From positions 4,448,001 through 4,512,000 of the forward strand of contig OZ242214.1 in NCBI GenBank assembly GCA_965206595.1: a stretch of 64,000 bases of DNA, given 5' to 3'. Position numbers and translations under genes: made by a program. The stretch comes from Candidatus Latescibacterota bacterium. GTDB taxonomy: Bacteria > Latescibacterota > UBA2968 > UBA8231. The notes under the pieces were generated by a model. That model saw nothing but the letters and a program-made list of their open reading frames with translations, searched no databases and was not told the DNA's origin. Positions 63,271 through 64,000 of this stretch are shown in pieces; the stretch's first letter is position 1, and the number at the start of each line of letters is the position of its first letter.

Positions 63271-64000
63271 ATGTCCTCCGTCTTCGCAGCTATCTGGGTG
63301 AAGAGGTCGGTTGCAGCCGCAGCGGCGGTCGGAAGCCTGGGCATGGGCCCGGCATGGGGTCAAACCGCTACGGTACGGGACAATCAACTCCTCGTGGACA
63401 GGCAGTCACACTGGGAGGAATGGCAATTCCCGCCGGGAACGGTCGAAGTCGAAGGGGGCGCGGTCAGACCCCATTTCGTCAGCAAGAACATCGACGCCAC
63501 CGGGGATATCGTCGCCCATCTGAAGCGGAATCCGGGAAACAAGGATCCCGAGGATGTGACCCTTCTCGACGTGATCGACGCCGGTGTCAACAAGGGGGAT
63601 GTCGCCAACCTGTTCGACGACGACGAAAGCACCTACTGGGAGCCGGGGATCGGCATCCCCCTGGGGGAGTGGTGGTTTGAGGTCGACCTCGGCAGGCTCG
63701 TTTCGGCCAGGCGCATCGTGTTGAAATTCGCCGCGGAAGGGGAGGGAGATCCGTTTCTCCAGTTTGCGGTGCTCACCTCGGACGGCAGGGAAAGAATCAA
63801 GGGAGTATACGGCTTCCACCGGGCATTCCAGACCAGGCATGACAACAAGGAGCAGCGGGTTTTCGATATCGAGCTGCAGCCCACGCGCACCAACGTCGAG
63901 AGAGATTTCACGGGCGACATGGTCCGCATCGTGCAGGTGGTTGTGACCGCCAGCGATGGCGAACGGGGCGAACGGGTCACCGCGGAGGAACACTCGCTGC
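63271..64000 (+). CDS. Large secreted protein with discoidin-like domain, runs off window edge
   Basis: Manual translation: signal peptide MSSVFAAIW...AWG, then LFDDDESTYWEP...WWFEVDLGRLVSARRIVLKF. Confidence 0.7.
   Translation, partial: MSSVFAAIWVKRSVAAAAAVGSLGMGPAWGQTATVRDNQLLVDRQSHWEEWQFPPGTVEVEGGAVRPHFVSKNIDATGDIVAHLKRNPGNKDPEDVTLLDVIDAGVNKGDVANLFDDDESTYWEPGIGIPLGEWWFEVDLGRLVSARRIVLKFAAEGEGDPFLQFAVLTSDGRERIKGVYGFHRAFQTRHDNKEQRVFDIELQPTRTNVERDFTGDMVRIVQVVVTASDGERGERVTAEEHSL

Noticed and set aside
1-64000. rRNA/tRNA genes
   Set aside because: None recognised by eye; tRNAscan-SE and barrnap were not run

Overview
GC-rich bacterial DNA. The gene content (many PhyH/TauD dioxygenases, a DUF6785-type membrane protein, Cache/FlgD-type secreted proteins) suggests a Latescibacterota/Poribacteria-like lineage; this is inference. 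Left part: an inositol-catabolism-like cluster (iolD, Gfo/Idh/MocA, aldolase), a polysaccharide export/biosynthesis locus interrupted by a decayed ISL3 with intact ends and an 8-bp target duplication, a DMFase-like protein, hflX, glnD, a Na+/solute symporter and dioxygenases. The main feature is an integron-like platform at about 34.5-49.9 kb. A tyrosine recombinase lacking the IntI-specific insertion sits divergent to an attI-like site and a co-oriented, lower-GC cassette array. At least 7 cassettes have mutually complementary ends (13-19 nt) and are separated by branched attC-like hairpins, some collapsed. Two cassettes are ORF-less paralogues with a covarying helix and are candidate structured ncRNA cassettes. 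Right part: an NAD salvage operon (pncA-pncB-aminotransferase-nadE), sugar-acid enzymes and decayed accessory genes, including a GNAT gene broken by a perfect 40-bp palindrome. Product calls come from motif recognition by eye; no database search was run.
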